DNA from: Verrucomicrobiota bacterium
GTDB lineage: Bacteria; Verrucomicrobiota; Verrucomicrobiia; Limisphaerales; AAA164-E04
Assembly (NCBI GenBank): GCA_047947115.1
Contig: CP170459.1
Location: 640,001-704,000, forward strand
DNA: 64,000 nt
Direction: 5' to 3'
Numbering within the stretch: position 1 is the first letter of the stretch; each line of letters starts with the position of its first letter. Shown one piece after another: positions 39,410 through 49,855 of the stretch. The notes under the pieces are model-generated. The model saw only the letters and a program-made list of their open reading frames with translations. It was not told the origin of the DNA and searched no databases. The translations under genes were made by a program, and so were the position numbers.

Positions 39410-40606
39410 ATGCATCTCAAATGGGTTAATCGGGTATTCTCAATGACTACCTTTCTGTCAAAAGGAAATTTTCTTATTGTGCTGGGTGCATTGTTCTTTA
39501 CTCAAGCCAATGCGGAAACTCAAACCGAACCTTCCAAACCAAAGGACTCCTGGCTTGTTGGAGCCCATTACTATCCCTGGTATGGAGCCCCCCGCAATGA
39601 AAACGATCGCGGCTGGCTACGCAAGGCATTGCGCGGAAGACTGGAACCCCGACAGCTACCCGTCTCTGGTATCTACGACAGCCGCGATCAAGAGGTAATC
39701 GGAACACACATCGAGCAAAGTATTTACGCAGGCATTGATTTCTGGTCAGTCAGTTGGTGGGGCGCGGGAAAGCGTGAAGATCAAACACTGCTCGAACATA
39801 TCCTTACCCACCCGGAGGCCGGTAAACTGAAGTACGCAGTTCTTTACGAATCCACCGGACGTCTCGGGAGTTTTGACAATCCTGATTACTCCAACCTGAT
39901 TCCAGATTTCACCTATATGAAGGAACACCTTTTTTCGAATCCACACTACCTCAAGATCGACGACAAACCCGTTGTCTTCATTTACCTGACCCGAGTTTAC
40001 TTTCGACATCAAGGGGGAGAAACCTTGGCAGCATTGCGGGAGGAATTCCCAAATCTGTATTTGATTGGGGATGATGTGTTCGGCCCTCGATATCGCCCCG
40101 AGTACGCCAAACAATGGGATGCGATCTCCGCCTACGATATTTACGGGCAATCCATGCAGAACGCCGGAGCCACCCGCAAGGGCATCGAACGTCTGCTGAC
40201 CAATTACCGAAACGCACAGGAAGCCGCCCATGCAGTCGGAACAGCCTTTGTTCCAGGCATCGCTCCGGGATACAACGATCGTGCGGTGCGAAGCGGACAT
40301 CCCGGTCGGCCTCGCTATTTCACGGATGAACCCGGTTCAAAAGAAGGAGACATTTTCCGGGCCATGATCGAGGAAGTGGCCAAACCCTTGTCCGATCCAA
40401 AGGCCCAACGCATGTGGACGATCACCTCCTTCAACGAATGGTACGAAGACACGCAAATCGAACCCACCGCCGGCGACCAACCCGCCACCACCAAAGACGA
40501 TTCGGACTCCGGCGAATACTACACCGAGGGGGACCTTTATCCTGATTATGGGAACTTGTATTTGGATATTCTCAAAGAGGCATTGGAGGACTCGGACAAA
40601 GAGTAA
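39410..40606 (+). CDS. Glycoside hydrolase family 99-like protein
   Basis: Signal peptide; AHYYPWY; YDSRD; GIDFWSVSWWG; ITSFNEWYEDTQIEP catalytic motif. Confidence 0.85.
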   Translation: MHLKWVNRVFSMTTFLSKGNFLIVLGALFFTQANAETQTEPSKPKDSWLVGAHYYPWYGAPRNENDRGWLRKALRGRLEPRQLPVSGIYDSRDQEVIGTHIEQSIYAGIDFWSVSWWGAGKREDQTLLEHILTHPEAGKLKYAVLYESTGRLGSFDNPDYSNLIPDFTYMKEHLFSNPHYLKIDDKPVVFIYLTRVYFRHQGGETLAALREEFPNLYLIGDDVFGPRYRPEYAKQWDAISAYDIYGQSMQNAGATRKGIERLLTNYRNAQEAAHAVGTAFVPGIAPGYNDRAVRSGHPGRPRYFTDEPGSKEGDIFRAMIEEVAKPLSDPKAQRMWTITSFNEWYEDTQIEPTAGDQPATTKDDSDSGEYYTEGDLYPDYGNLYLDILKEALEDSDKE

Positions 40607-40722
40607 GGCAAGTAAACGAGACTACTGGTAGCAGGTATCGTATCGATGCGCATCCTTGTGGTATTCGAATTTCCATTCCACTCACAATGGAAAGCCTGCA
40701 AACAACCACCAGCCAAGACCTT

Positions 40723-41706
40723 TTATCTCAACTTCTTGAGCGCCTCATCAATATCCTCAGGAATCGGCGCTTCCAGCTCAACCCTTTGTCGTGTTGCCGG
40801 ATGGGTAAACGATAAATTCCAGGCGTGGAGTAATTGACGTTTGGGTTGAAATCCAAGCACTTTGACCAATCTGGAGGTAGCCTTGCTTCCGTAGGTTTCA
40901 TCACCCAACAACGGATACCCGAGGTGCTTGAAATGTACGCGAATCTGGTGCGTACGCCCCGTGTGCAAAACAACCTTCACAGACGTCGCATGGTCGCCGA
41001 AATGCTGCATCACCTCGTAATCAGTGATTGCTTGCCGCCCCCGTTCGACAACCGCCATCAACTTGCGCTGACTCGGATGCCTCGCAATGGGCGCGTCAAT
41101 CGTACCTTTCACAGGTTGCACACCACCGCACACCACCGCCAGGTAAACTTTACGAACCAAACGGTTGGCAAATTGCTCGGCCAGGGATTGGTGGGCCGTA
41201 TCGTTTTTGGCCATCACGATACAGCCGCTGGTATCCTGGTCCAAACGATGTACAATACCCGGACGAGCAACACCGCCGATACCGCTCAATTGTCCGGCGC
41301 AATGATGCAATAATGCGTGCACCAACGTGCCGTTGTCATGACCTGCCGCCGGATGCACCACCAAACCCGGCGGTTTGTTGATCGCGATCAAATGTTCATC
41401 TTCAAACAGCACATCCAATGTCATCACTTCAGGAATGAGTTCCAATGAACGTGCCGCAGGGGGCGTAACTTCGATCCGCTGCCCGGCCTTGGGTTTCATG
41501 CTTGGTTTGACCTTTTTATCATCCACCAAAACGCATCCCCCTTGAATCCAGCGAGCAATCGTCCCCCGGGAAAAGTCCGGCATTCGTTCGTGCAACCATG
41601 CATCCAGTCGCGAAGCCAATGCGGACGTCTCGACAGTGAATGAAGAAGGTTCGTGCATCCCACACTCATCATCATGTTCACCGTTCATTGAAGAATGCTC
41701 CCTCAT
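40723..41706 (-). CDS. rluD: RluA-family pseudouridine synthase (RluD)
   Basis: S4 domain RLDAWL; NKPPGLVVHPAAG; GIVHRLDQDTSG; TGRTHQIRVH; ATG 41706 preceded by AAGGA. Confidence 0.92.
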   Translation of the reverse strand: MREHSSMNGEHDDECGMHEPSSFTVETSALASRLDAWLHERMPDFSRGTIARWIQGGCVLVDDKKVKPSMKPKAGQRIEVTPPAARSLELIPEVMTLDVLFEDEHLIAINKPPGLVVHPAAGHDNGTLVHALLHHCAGQLSGIGGVARPGIVHRLDQDTSGCIVMAKNDTAHQSLAEQFANRLVRKVYLAVVCGGVQPVKGTIDAPIARHPSQRKLMAVVERGRQAITDYEVMQHFGDHATSVKVVLHTGRTHQIRVHFKHLGYPLLGDETYGSKATSRLVKVLGFQPKRQLLHAWNLSFTHPATRQRVELEAPIPEDIDEALKKLR

Positions 41707-41730
41707 GATAAAGGATTCCTTAAGCTGTTG

Positions 41731-41878
41731 ATCCGCAGAGGACGCAGATTTGCACAGATACTGAGGGGTAATCGAGGCTCGGAGGCCGAATCTCCCGAAA
41801 CGACCAAGTGAACCCTTGCGACATGCCAATATCCTGCTTCAAGGCATATATCTGCGTACATCTGTGTCATCTGCGGAT
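41731..41878. repeat. 148-bp MITE-like element with 30-bp imperfect CAGAT inverted repeats
   Basis: ATCCGCAGAGGACGCAGATTTGCACAGATA ... TATCTGCGTACATCTGTGTCATCTGCGGAT, between lgt and rluD. Confidence 0.75.
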
Positions 41879-41897
41879 AAACAAAAAAAGTTCAAGG

Positions 41898-42680
41898 TCA
41901 GGATGTAGGTTGATTCGAAGTCCGTTTGGTTTTGGAACAGAAGAACCACAATCCCAAACCGGCGGAAAGGATGAGGATCCCGGTCATTTGCCCTGGCGTC
42001 AATACACCGAACCGTTTCGAGGGATCATAATCACCCCGGAACAACTCATTCACCGCCCGCAAGACAGCATAGGCAAGCAGGTAGGCGGCAAAAATCTGGC
42101 CGTCGAACTTCTTCCTGCGATATAGCCAGGCCAAGCCACCATAGAGAGCAAAATTGAACAAGGACTCGTAGATCTGGGTGGGATGCACCCGGTCGGGATG
42201 TGTGACGTGATCAAAGGGAAACTGGATGGACCAAGGTAGCGCGCATACCTTGCCATAACAACACCCGGTCATCAGGCACCCCAAACGACCAAAGGCATGG
42301 CCAAGCGCAATGCTGGGTGCCAGTGCGTCGGCCATCTTCCAGGTGGGAATCTTGTTCTTTCGGACGTAAAAAATCCCACACAAGACAGCTCCGATAAATC
42401 CTCCATAGAAAACCAAACCTCCCTGCCGGACCTTGAAAACATCCGTCCAGGGACCGCCGGCAAAATCATCCTGCCAATAGGTGATCACGTAAAGGATACG
42501 CGCACCCACCAAACCGCCGACAATCAGCCAGGGCCCGATATCGGCGACCGTTTCGGAATGAAGCCCGTCCAAAGGAGCGCGTCGGCTTGCCGTCCAGAAT
42601 CCTGCGACAAACCCCAACGCAACCAAAATCCCATACCAATGAATGGAAACACTCCCAATGTTAAACGCAACAGGATGCAC
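41898..42680 (-). CDS. lgt: Prolipoprotein diacylglyceryl transferase
   Basis: IHWYG, VGARILYV, GGLVFYGG, GRLGC...GCCYG, HPTQIYES. Confidence 0.95.
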   Translation of the reverse strand: MHPVAFNIGSVSIHWYGILVALGFVAGFWTASRRAPLDGLHSETVADIGPWLIVGGLVGARILYVITYWQDDFAGGPWTDVFKVRQGGLVFYGGFIGAVLCGIFYVRKNKIPTWKMADALAPSIALGHAFGRLGCLMTGCCYGKVCALPWSIQFPFDHVTHPDRVHPTQIYESLFNFALYGGLAWLYRRKKFDGQIFAAYLLAYAVLRAVNELFRGDYDPSKRFGVLTPGQMTGILILSAGLGLWFFCSKTKRTSNQPTS

Positions 42681-42758
42681 GCGGCCAACCTATACGCGGT
42701 GATGAGATACTTCAATGGAGAAAGAACGATGGCAATTCGAACTGATAAACATGCCTTC

Positions 42759-42861
42759 GGTAGGGCTGCGCTGCTGAGCGGCCGCGAACGCACCTACGGT
42801 TTAGAAAGAGCCCTGAAAGATTTCGAACGCGCCACCGGACACGCGACAGCGTGTCCCTGCC
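42759..42861. repeat. REP doublet (GTAG/GCAG palindromes)
   Basis: GGTAGGGCTGCGCTGCTGAGCGGCCGCGAACGCAC (32/35 identical to 61822-61856) facing the hairpin GGACACGCGACAGCGTGTCCCTGCC. Confidence 0.7.
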
Positions 42862-42894
42862 GAACACCCTGCCAAAACGCTCGCCAATCGACCG

Positions 42895-44844
42895 ATGCTG
42901 TGCTACCAACGGTTCATGCATTCCACACTGATCATGTTCGCAGGTCGTTTGTTGTTGGCCTGTATCGCTTTGACGCAAGCTACCGTTATAGGTGCCCATA
43001 TCGAAATCGGCCCCATGCTTGGCCATGTCGGAAGCGATGAAGCCCGGATCTGGATCAAGTCCTCGCAAACGGCCAGCCTGAGTGCGGTGGTGAGCACTCA
43101 GGCCGATCTTTCCGACGCACGCCGGGTCGACGGCCCCGTTTTAGGTTACCAAACGGACAACAATGGTCATGTGCAAATCAACCATTTGGCCCCCTCCACG
43201 CAATATTACTACAACATCCTGCTCGACGGCCAACCGAGCCTGACTGCTCCCTACCCTTCCTTTAAAACCGCACCCGAGCATGGAGAACCCACCCATCTCC
43301 GATTTGCATTTGGTTCCTGCGTCGGACACGTTGGACAATTGTCCGCGGCGGCCTGGGGTGAAATGGCAGGAGACAAGGACATTGAGATGCTGCTCATGCT
43401 GGGAGACAACCACTACGCCGACTCCACCGATCCCGCCGTTCAACGAGCCGCGTATTACGACCATCGAAGTGTGTCCGGATTTCTGGACATCGTTCGACGC
43501 ACGGCGGTTTATGGCATTTGGGATGACCATGATTACGGCCCCAACAACAGCGACCGAACCGTGGAAGGCCGTCAGGAAACACTGGCAACGTTCAAATCCA
43601 TGTGGGCAAATCCTTCTTATGGCGAACCGGACAATCCTGGTACCTATTATCAATTCAGCTATGGTGACATCGAATTTTTCATGCTGGACGACCGTTACTA
43701 TCGCTCCCCCAATACCGCCAAGGACGACGACTCCAAAACCATGCTGGGCAAACGTCAATGGGAATGGTTGAAACAAGGACTCAAATCCTCCAGAGCCAAA
43801 CTCAAATTCATCGCCTCAGGAAGCGAATGGCAAAAGAACGGCCACGTGGATTCCTGGACCAGCTTTAAACGCGAACAGCTGGGTTTCTTTGATTGGATCA
43901 ATGAAGAGAACATCGAAGGTGTGATCCTTCTATCCGGAGACAGGCACTTCACCGGCGGCTACCAGATCAATCAACGCATCATCGAAATCACATCCGGCCC
44001 CTTCGGCTCCAACAACTATCCCACGCCAAATTTGCCCGAGATGTTTTTAAATCACGGAACGGGCAAACTCTACTGCGTGTTTGACATCGACACGCGGACC
44101 GAGGAACCAAAGGTCATTCTGGAAGTATTCCGCGCAGGTGAGGGATTGATCGACCGACGGGATTTCACAATGAACGAAATCAACGGTAAAAACCGATTGG
44201 CAACCCTGCCTGTTCGCCCAAGAGCTGCCAGCGAAGCACCTAAAGAATCCGAACTGCCACTCATTCGAAAAGAAGATTTCGAAAAAGGGGCAAATGACTG
44301 GTCCCCGACCGACTCAAACGCCTGGCGCGTCTACACTCAGGACGGAACCAAAGTCTACAGCCTCCATCGCCCAAGCAAATACACTCCCAAACACCGCAGC
44401 CCATTTAACTATTCATTGCTCAATGATACGATCGTGGGCGATTTTGATTTGTATGCGCGTGTGCTGACCACCCAGCGGGATTACGGTCACCGCGACATGT
44501 GCCTGTTCTTCGGCTGGCAAGATCCTGAACATTTTTATTATGTCCATCTCGGACAAAAAACCGACGATCACGCCAACCAGATCTTCATTGTGAACGATGC
44601 TCCGCGCATCAAGATCTCAACAAAAACGACTCCCGGAACCCCATGGGACACCGAATGGCACACCGTCAAAATCAAACGCCGAATTGAGACGGGACTTATC
44701 GAAGTTTACTGGGACAATATGGAAGAACCAGTGATGACCGCCGAAGACAAATCATTCACCTGGGGAAAAATCGGACTAGGTTCCTTCGACGACACCGGCA
44801 ACTGGGACGACATCCGCCTCTACGGAGTAGCGACCAACAAATAG
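42895..44844 (+). CDS. Alkaline phosphatase D (PhoD) family protein with C-terminal ConA-like beta-sandwich domain
   Basis: GPMLGHV; FGSC; GDNHYAD; WDDHDYG.N; LDDRYYR; SGDRH; C-terminal WHTVKIKR...GKIGLGSFDD. Confidence 0.88.
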   Translation: MLCYQRFMHSTLIMFAGRLLLACIALTQATVIGAHIEIGPMLGHVGSDEARIWIKSSQTASLSAVVSTQADLSDARRVDGPVLGYQTDNNGHVQINHLAPSTQYYYNILLDGQPSLTAPYPSFKTAPEHGEPTHLRFAFGSCVGHVGQLSAAAWGEMAGDKDIEMLLMLGDNHYADSTDPAVQRAAYYDHRSVSGFLDIVRRTAVYGIWDDHDYGPNNSDRTVEGRQETLATFKSMWANPSYGEPDNPGTYYQFSYGDIEFFMLDDRYYRSPNTAKDDDSKTMLGKRQWEWLKQGLKSSRAKLKFIASGSEWQKNGHVDSWTSFKREQLGFFDWINEENIEGVILLSGDRHFTGGYQINQRIIEITSGPFGSNNYPTPNLPEMFLNHGTGKLYCVFDIDTRTEEPKVILEVFRAGEGLIDRRDFTMNEINGKNRLATLPVRPRAASEAPKESELPLIRKEDFEKGANDWSPTDSNAWRVYTQDGTKVYSLHRPSKYTPKHRSPFNYSLLNDTIVGDFDLYARVLTTQRDYGHRDMCLFFGWQDPEHFYYVHLGQKTDDHANQIFIVNDAPRIKISTKTTPGTPWDTEWHTVKIKRRIETGLIEVYWDNMEEPVMTAEDKSFTWGKIGLGSFDDTGNWDDIRLYGVATNK

Positions 44845-45002
44845 ATCGACCAACCCGATCCGCCCTTATGGCATCCCTTTTCTAAACTACCATCCAGGGG
44901 AAAACCCTGAAAACTCTTGTGTGGATCAGTGTGTATTGTGGGATTTTGAGAACCCCAGACTTCCCAAACGGAAGTTAATGGCAATTCGTAAATCACAAGG
45001 AA

Positions 45003-45027
45003 CGCGCCGAGGAGGTCACGCTCTGCC
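45003..45027 (-). repeat. GYAG-type REP-like unit
   Basis: Reverse complement GGCAGAGCGTGACCTCCTCGGCGCG, similar to 35972-35996. Confidence 0.55.
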
Positions 45028-45067
45028 TGACCGCACCCTCACCGAGCAATTCACTATTTTAAATTTG

Positions 45068-46204
45068 TCAGCTCGGCCAGTTTTCCAGCATGTCTGCCAG
45101 ATCAGTGACGGTCGGACTTTTGCCACTGCGTACATAGAATCCGCTAGTGCTCACCCCCGTCGCCAAGGATTCGCGATGACTCAAACCAAGCAGTCGCCCC
45201 AGACAGAATCCGGCATTGAAATGATCTCCCGCTCCGGTAGTAATAACCGGATTGGGGACAAAGGGCCCGTCCATGGACACCACTTCATTTCGATCGGAGG
45301 CAACAGCATACCTCACAGGATGGACCACGATGGTATCCGCTCCGACCTGCTGATGAAGTTGGGCTACAAATTCCATCAGCCCCTCCCTGGTATTATCAGG
45401 CACTTTCAACCCCAATACTTCACCAATTTCATAAGCCTCTTTTTCATTCAGCCCCAACACCACAGAAAAATGTGATTGAAATCCTCCAATGATGTTGAGG
45501 GCTTCAAGAATGTCTTCATTGGGACGTTTTTGGGGATCACACAGATCAAAGAAGATAGGTTTTCGTTCGGATTTCCCGGGGCGATCCTGCGTTCCCAACA
45601 CCTCGCTTTGCACCTTCTGCCAGATCTCGCTCATGAATGGCATCATGGTCCAATTAACAAAGGCCACCAGATCCGAACCGTTCAACAGAGAGGTGAAAAG
45701 GTCTTTGCCCATGCGCTCAACAATTTTGTCCCAACGCACATCATTCAATGGAGTGAGTTTTCCCATCAACAGTTTGCCATCCTGAAATTCATAGGCATCG
45801 GTATGCCCTGGGTTGGCAATACTGTAAACTTTGCCGGCCTTGTCGACCAGCGGCTGAAACACGGGGAGCACATCAGGGTACCCGAGCGCCCCGAGGTAGG
45901 TCACCTTGATGCCCGCCTGGGCCAAAGCGTTGGCCATGATGGGACCATTGCCTCCCAACTTGATCCGTTGGGTGACCAACTCCATGTTGGTGCTGCGACC
46001 CGATGCTTCGGCAATACGGTCGGCATATCCCTGGATGGTAGGGATACGTTCAAAACGCCCCACGTCCAAACGTTTGTCCACCACGTGAATAATCTCGTCC
46101 ACAAAACCATCCAACCCCACAAAGGCGGAGGACCGCTTCACCACATCAATCTTTTCACGCAATGTGGCCGCCACGCGCAAGCGAATGTCATTTTGATCGC
46201 TCAT
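45068..46204 (-). CDS. PfkB/ribokinase family carbohydrate kinase
   Basis: GGNGPIMANAL, LNEKE, TTGAGDHFNAGF. Confidence 0.9.
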   Translation of the reverse strand: MSDQNDIRLRVAATLREKIDVVKRSSAFVGLDGFVDEIIHVVDKRLDVGRFERIPTIQGYADRIAEASGRSTNMELVTQRIKLGGNGPIMANALAQAGIKVTYLGALGYPDVLPVFQPLVDKAGKVYSIANPGHTDAYEFQDGKLLMGKLTPLNDVRWDKIVERMGKDLFTSLLNGSDLVAFVNWTMMPFMSEIWQKVQSEVLGTQDRPGKSERKPIFFDLCDPQKRPNEDILEALNIIGGFQSHFSVVLGLNEKEAYEIGEVLGLKVPDNTREGLMEFVAQLHQQVGADTIVVHPVRYAVASDRNEVVSMDGPFVPNPVITTGAGDHFNAGFCLGRLLGLSHRESLATGVSTSGFYVRSGKSPTVTDLADMLENWPS

Positions 46205-46212
46205 GATATTTA

Positions 46213-47160
46213 TCAGTCAGCTGAAACACCCAGATCGGAAAGAATCCGTTCCAATTCATCATCGGAGAAAAACCGGATCTCCAAACTCCCCTTCCCTTCA
46301 ACGTACTTCAGCCGGACTTTTGTATTGAATTTTTCAACCAACCGCTGCTCCATGTGAGCCACGTGCACATCCTTCTCATTGCGAGTTACCGGATGTATTT
46401 CCGCCTCCTGCCTGGCAGTCTTCTTTTGATGTACATCGCTGATCAGAGATTCGGTCTGACGAACACTGAGGCCTTCCTTGAGAATCTGACGGGCGATGGA
46501 GACCGCTTGCTCTCTGGAAACAAGGCCCAGAAGAACCTTCGCGTGACCGACGCTCAGTTTCCCTTCTCGAAGGTGCTGTTGGATTTCATCTGAAAGCTTC
46601 AGCAATCGCAGTGCATTGGCAACCGCTGCACGACTCTTACCCACTTTAATGGCCGCCTCTTCCTGCTTCAACTTGAATTGTTGAATCAATTGCTGGTAAC
46701 CAAGAGCTTCTTCGATCGGGTTAAGGTTTTCGCGTTGAAGATTTTCGATCAATGCCAGCTCCAGCACTTCCCGATCGTCCGCTTCACGCACGACGATGGG
46801 CACTTCCTTCAGTCCGGCACGTTGGGAGGCTCGCCACCGACGTTCCCCGGCGATCAATTCCCAATGATCGACCTTTTTCCGAACCACCAGAGGCTGAATG
46901 AGGCCCTGCTCGCGGATTGAATCTGCCAGTTCCACCAAGGCCGATTCTTCGAAATGACGGCGCGGCTGAAAGGGGCAGGGCCGAATATCGTCGATCGGCA
47001 AATGACTGGGCGAGAGACTGGCAGCTGGTGCGGCATCCTCCGATTTGGATGGGGCAACAGTCGAGGGCACCTCGGCAGGTTTGGGCTGCGGAGGTTTTAC
47101 GGATGATGCGGCGCCTCCCAGGAGTGCGCCCAGGCCTCTGCCTAAGGGCGTTTTAGACAT
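46213..47160 (-). CDS. parB: Chromosome partitioning protein ParB/Spo0J
   Basis: LGRGLGALL; QPRRHF; LIAGERRWRA; ENLQRENLNPIEEA; HTH KSRAAVANALRLL; GHAK. Confidence 0.96.
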   Translation of the reverse strand: MSKTPLGRGLGALLGGAASSVKPPQPKPAEVPSTVAPSKSEDAAPAASLSPSHLPIDDIRPCPFQPRRHFEESALVELADSIREQGLIQPLVVRKKVDHWELIAGERRWRASQRAGLKEVPIVVREADDREVLELALIENLQRENLNPIEEALGYQQLIQQFKLKQEEAAIKVGKSRAAVANALRLLKLSDEIQQHLREGKLSVGHAKVLLGLVSREQAVSIARQILKEGLSVRQTESLISDVHQKKTARQEAEIHPVTRNEKDVHVAHMEQRLVEKFNTKVRLKYVEGKGSLEIRFFSDDELERILSDLGVSAD

Positions 47161-47169
47161 GTATGCAGA

Positions 47170-47676
47170 TTGGAAGACGCCGGACCTCTTGTCAAGCGGC
47201 GGACCAAGTGGGATTTGATTTTCCCTGGAATCAAGCTAAATATGGGGGCGATGAGCACAAAGAAAGAGCGTATGCGGATTTTCGCTGAAACATTCACGGA
47301 CTGTGGATCCTGGGATCCGCGTTACTGGGGCTATTTCAAGACCTTCAACGAAGGCCGATTCTACGAGGCGCACGACGTGCTGGAAGACCTCTGGCTCGAA
47401 TGCCGCGACACCCCCCTGGACACATTCTACAAATCCCTCATCCAACTCGCCGGCGCCTTCGTCCACCTCGAAAACAAACGAGAACGACCTTCCCTTGCAC
47501 TCTTTAATCTGTGCCAGGGTTACTTAAAGCCTTTAGGCGACCATTGCGAAGGCCTGCCATTGACAGAGATCCACCAGCTGATCGATACCTGGAAAACACG
47601 CATCCAAACCCAATCAATCGAAAGCGCCCACCAATTGCTCCTTCAACACAAACCTCTCCTGGAGCTGCCGGGATAA
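47170..47676 (+). CDS. DUF309 domain protein
   Basis: FNEGRFYEAHDVLEDLW...YKSLIQLAGAFVH; start probably 47242 or later. Confidence 0.85.
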   Translation: MEDAGPLVKRRTKWDLIFPGIKLNMGAMSTKKERMRIFAETFTDCGSWDPRYWGYFKTFNEGRFYEAHDVLEDLWLECRDTPLDTFYKSLIQLAGAFVHLENKRERPSLALFNLCQGYLKPLGDHCEGLPLTEIHQLIDTWKTRIQTQSIESAHQLLLQHKPLLELPG

Positions 47677-47748
47677 AAGAAATGCCTCTTGCCATTCCTC
47701 ACAATTTCAATACGGAGCTAAACCAACGTTTAAGTTAGACTACATTCA

Positions 47749-48077
47749 ATGTCCAGCAACTCAGACTCCACAGAAAAACCAATACCCCCCAGACCCTCAC
47801 CTTGATGGAGGAGCTGGATATGGGCTATGTCTACCCTCCTGACGCCGGACCAGCTTGGCGTGCCGCCTGTGAAGCAGGAGTGGATATGGCGCTGCTGGAA
47901 GACAAACTCGCCATGACACCCTCAGAAAGATTGGAAGCCCATCACAAGGCAATAAATCGGGTAATGGCGTTGCGTGATTCAATGATCCTTTCCTATGAAA
48001 CAATGGGGCGTGAACATGATCTGGTTGCCGTAAGGCAGTTGAAGGCGATTCAGGAAAGGAAGCAACGAGGAGAATAA
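47749..48077 (+). CDS. Small antitoxin-like protein, possibly fused to a nucleotidyltransferase C-terminal remnant (frameshift at C6, 47785-47790)
   Basis: AWRAA.EAGVDMALLE.KLAMTP.ERL; paralog of 57826..58134; one extra C joins ATG 47749 to ORF 47802. Confidence 0.5.
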
Positions 48078-48134
48078 AGGGCATTCCTTCTTTTTTTGCC
48101 TCATACTCAGGCACGAAACCACAAAGTTAAGAAA

Positions 48135-48279
48135 ATGCGATTTAGCTTAAACAACCGAGTATTGGGACTTTGGTTGGTCATTTTTGGTTGTTGACCATCT
48201 CGGTAGGATTGAAGCTGGCAAATACAGGGCCGCCTGTCAGTGAACCGCCAGAATTTGAGAATGCCAATGCCGACAATGA
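48135..48279 (+). pseudogene. Truncated, frameshifted copy of the 5' end of the gene at 58162
   Basis: MRFSLNNRVLGLWLVIF versus MRLNLTKRVLRLWLVIL; similarity ends at about 48279. Confidence 0.7.
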
Positions 48280-48489
48280 GAATGATTGAAGAGGCCAGTC
48301 AGGACACCGGACAATGATTTTCGAATTTACCGCAAGTCCGATCGGCGCATGATTACCCTCATCCTGCCTCAGTGGGCCTGATATCGTTCTTGACACTCCT
48401 TCAGGCCAGCGCAAGACTCCCTACCATCCCAGAGCGTTGATGTCGGTTAGTGTCTGACGATAAATAAAAATTGAACTCTTGAGGTAATC

Positions 48490-49833
48490 ATGCTGACGAT
48501 TCCAGGCCATCGGCCTTTTCAATTGTGTGACGGTGTCTCACGCCGTGACTTTCTGCGCATCGGGTCGGTAGGACTCGGAGGGGTCTCTTTGCCGGGACTG
48601 TTGCGCGCTGAATCTCAATCAGGTATCCGCCGTTCCCACAAAGCGGTGATCATGGTCTTCCTGCCCGGTGGTCCATCGCATCAGGACATGGTGGATTTGA
48701 AGATGGAAGCGCCATCGGAGATACGTGGCGAATTCAACCCCATCTCTACCAACGTGCCCGGCATCCAGATCTGCGAACACCTGCCGCTTCTGGCCAAGCA
48801 GATGGATAAATTCGCCCTTATTCGTTCCATGGTCGGCGCACTGGATCGTCATTACGCTTTTCAATGTTTGACCGGCCGCCATCAGGGGAACGAACCACCC
48901 GGTGGCTGGCCCTGCATGGGCTCGGTTCTCTCCAAGCTTGAGGGCCCGGTGGATCCCGCCATCCCAGCCTTCGTCGGCATGTCGCCAAAAATGGGGCATG
49001 TGCCCTGGTCCGACAATGGGGTTCCGGGATTTCTCGGTGTGGGGCACGCACCTTTCCAACCCAACAAGGGCGCGGGGAAAGATGACATGGTTCTCAACGG
49101 GATCTCTCTTGACCGCCTGGCAGATCGACGTGCTTTGCTGGCGAGCTTTGATCAGTTCCGACGCGACACCGATGCGAGCGGCATGATGGAGGGGCTCGAC
49201 ACCTTCAATCAACAGGCTTTCGGGATCCTGACTTCCAGTCGCTTGCTGGAAGCGATGGACATCGAAAAGGAGGATCCCAAGATTCGTGAACGTTACGGAA
49301 AAGGAGATCCCAAAAACCGCGACGACGGCGCTCCCAAAATGATGGAACATTTCCTGATCGCCCGCCGTCTGGTGGAAGCAGGGGCGCGTTGTGTGACGGT
49401 CGGGTTCAGTCGCTGGGATCATCACGGTCGCAACTTCGACGCGTTGCGTCAGGATCTGCCATTGCTGGATCAGGGATTAAGTGCGCTCATCGAAGATCTT
49501 TACCAGCGCGGTATGGACAAGGATGTGTCAGTGATCGTCTGGGGGGAATTTGGCCGCACGCCTGTCATTAATAAAGACGGTGGACGGGACCACTGGCCGC
49601 GCGTCAGTTTCGCCATGCTGTCGGGAGGCGGGATGAATACAGGTCAGGTGATCGGGGCCACCGATCGTTTGGGGGGCGAGGCAGTGGAACGCCCCGTGCA
49701 GTTCGGAGAGGTATTCGCGACGCTCTACCACAATCTGGGCATCGATGTGAACAAGGTGACCATTCCGGATTTTACCGGACGCCCGCAATTCCTGGTGGAC
49801 AATGGGATTCAACCCATGAAGGAATTGGTTTGA
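48490..49833 (+). CDS. DUF1501 domain protein (Tat signal)
   Basis: [49 protein letters not shown]. Confidence 0.93.
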   Translation: MLTIPGHRPFQLCDGVSRRDFLRIGSVGLGGVSLPGLLRAESQSGIRRSHKAVIMVFLPGGPSHQDMVDLKMEAPSEIRGEFNPISTNVPGIQICEHLPLLAKQMDKFALIRSMVGALDRHYAFQCLTGRHQGNEPPGGWPCMGSVLSKLEGPVDPAIPAFVGMSPKMGHVPWSDNGVPGFLGVGHAPFQPNKGAGKDDMVLNGISLDRLADRRALLASFDQFRRDTDASGMMEGLDTFNQQAFGILTSSRLLEAMDIEKEDPKIRERYGKGDPKNRDDGAPKMMEHFLIARRLVEAGARCVTVGFSRWDHHGRNFDALRQDLPLLDQGLSALIEDLYQRGMDKDVSVIVWGEFGRTPVINKDGGRDHWPRVSFAMLSGGGMNTGQVIGATDRLGGEAVERPVQFGEVFATLYHNLGIDVNKVTIPDFTGRPQFLVDNGIQPMKELV

Positions 49834-49855
49834 AATTAGTTTCCTATTCTTTGTC

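Larger units (their letters stand above)
47686..48279 (+). repeat. ~600-bp diverged direct repeat, copy 1
   Basis: Colinear with 57762-58358 across promoter region, small ORF and start of a secreted-protein gene. Confidence 0.9.

Noticed and set aside
41707..41829. N-terminal extension of RluD in the ORF track
   Set aside because: It reads through the CAGAT repeat element; ATG 41706 has an RBS
37310..49425. Long alternative ORFs (37310..38287, 42297..43040, 45476..46357, 48619..49425)
   Set aside because: Antisense to or overlapping well-supported genes and lacking recognisable motifs
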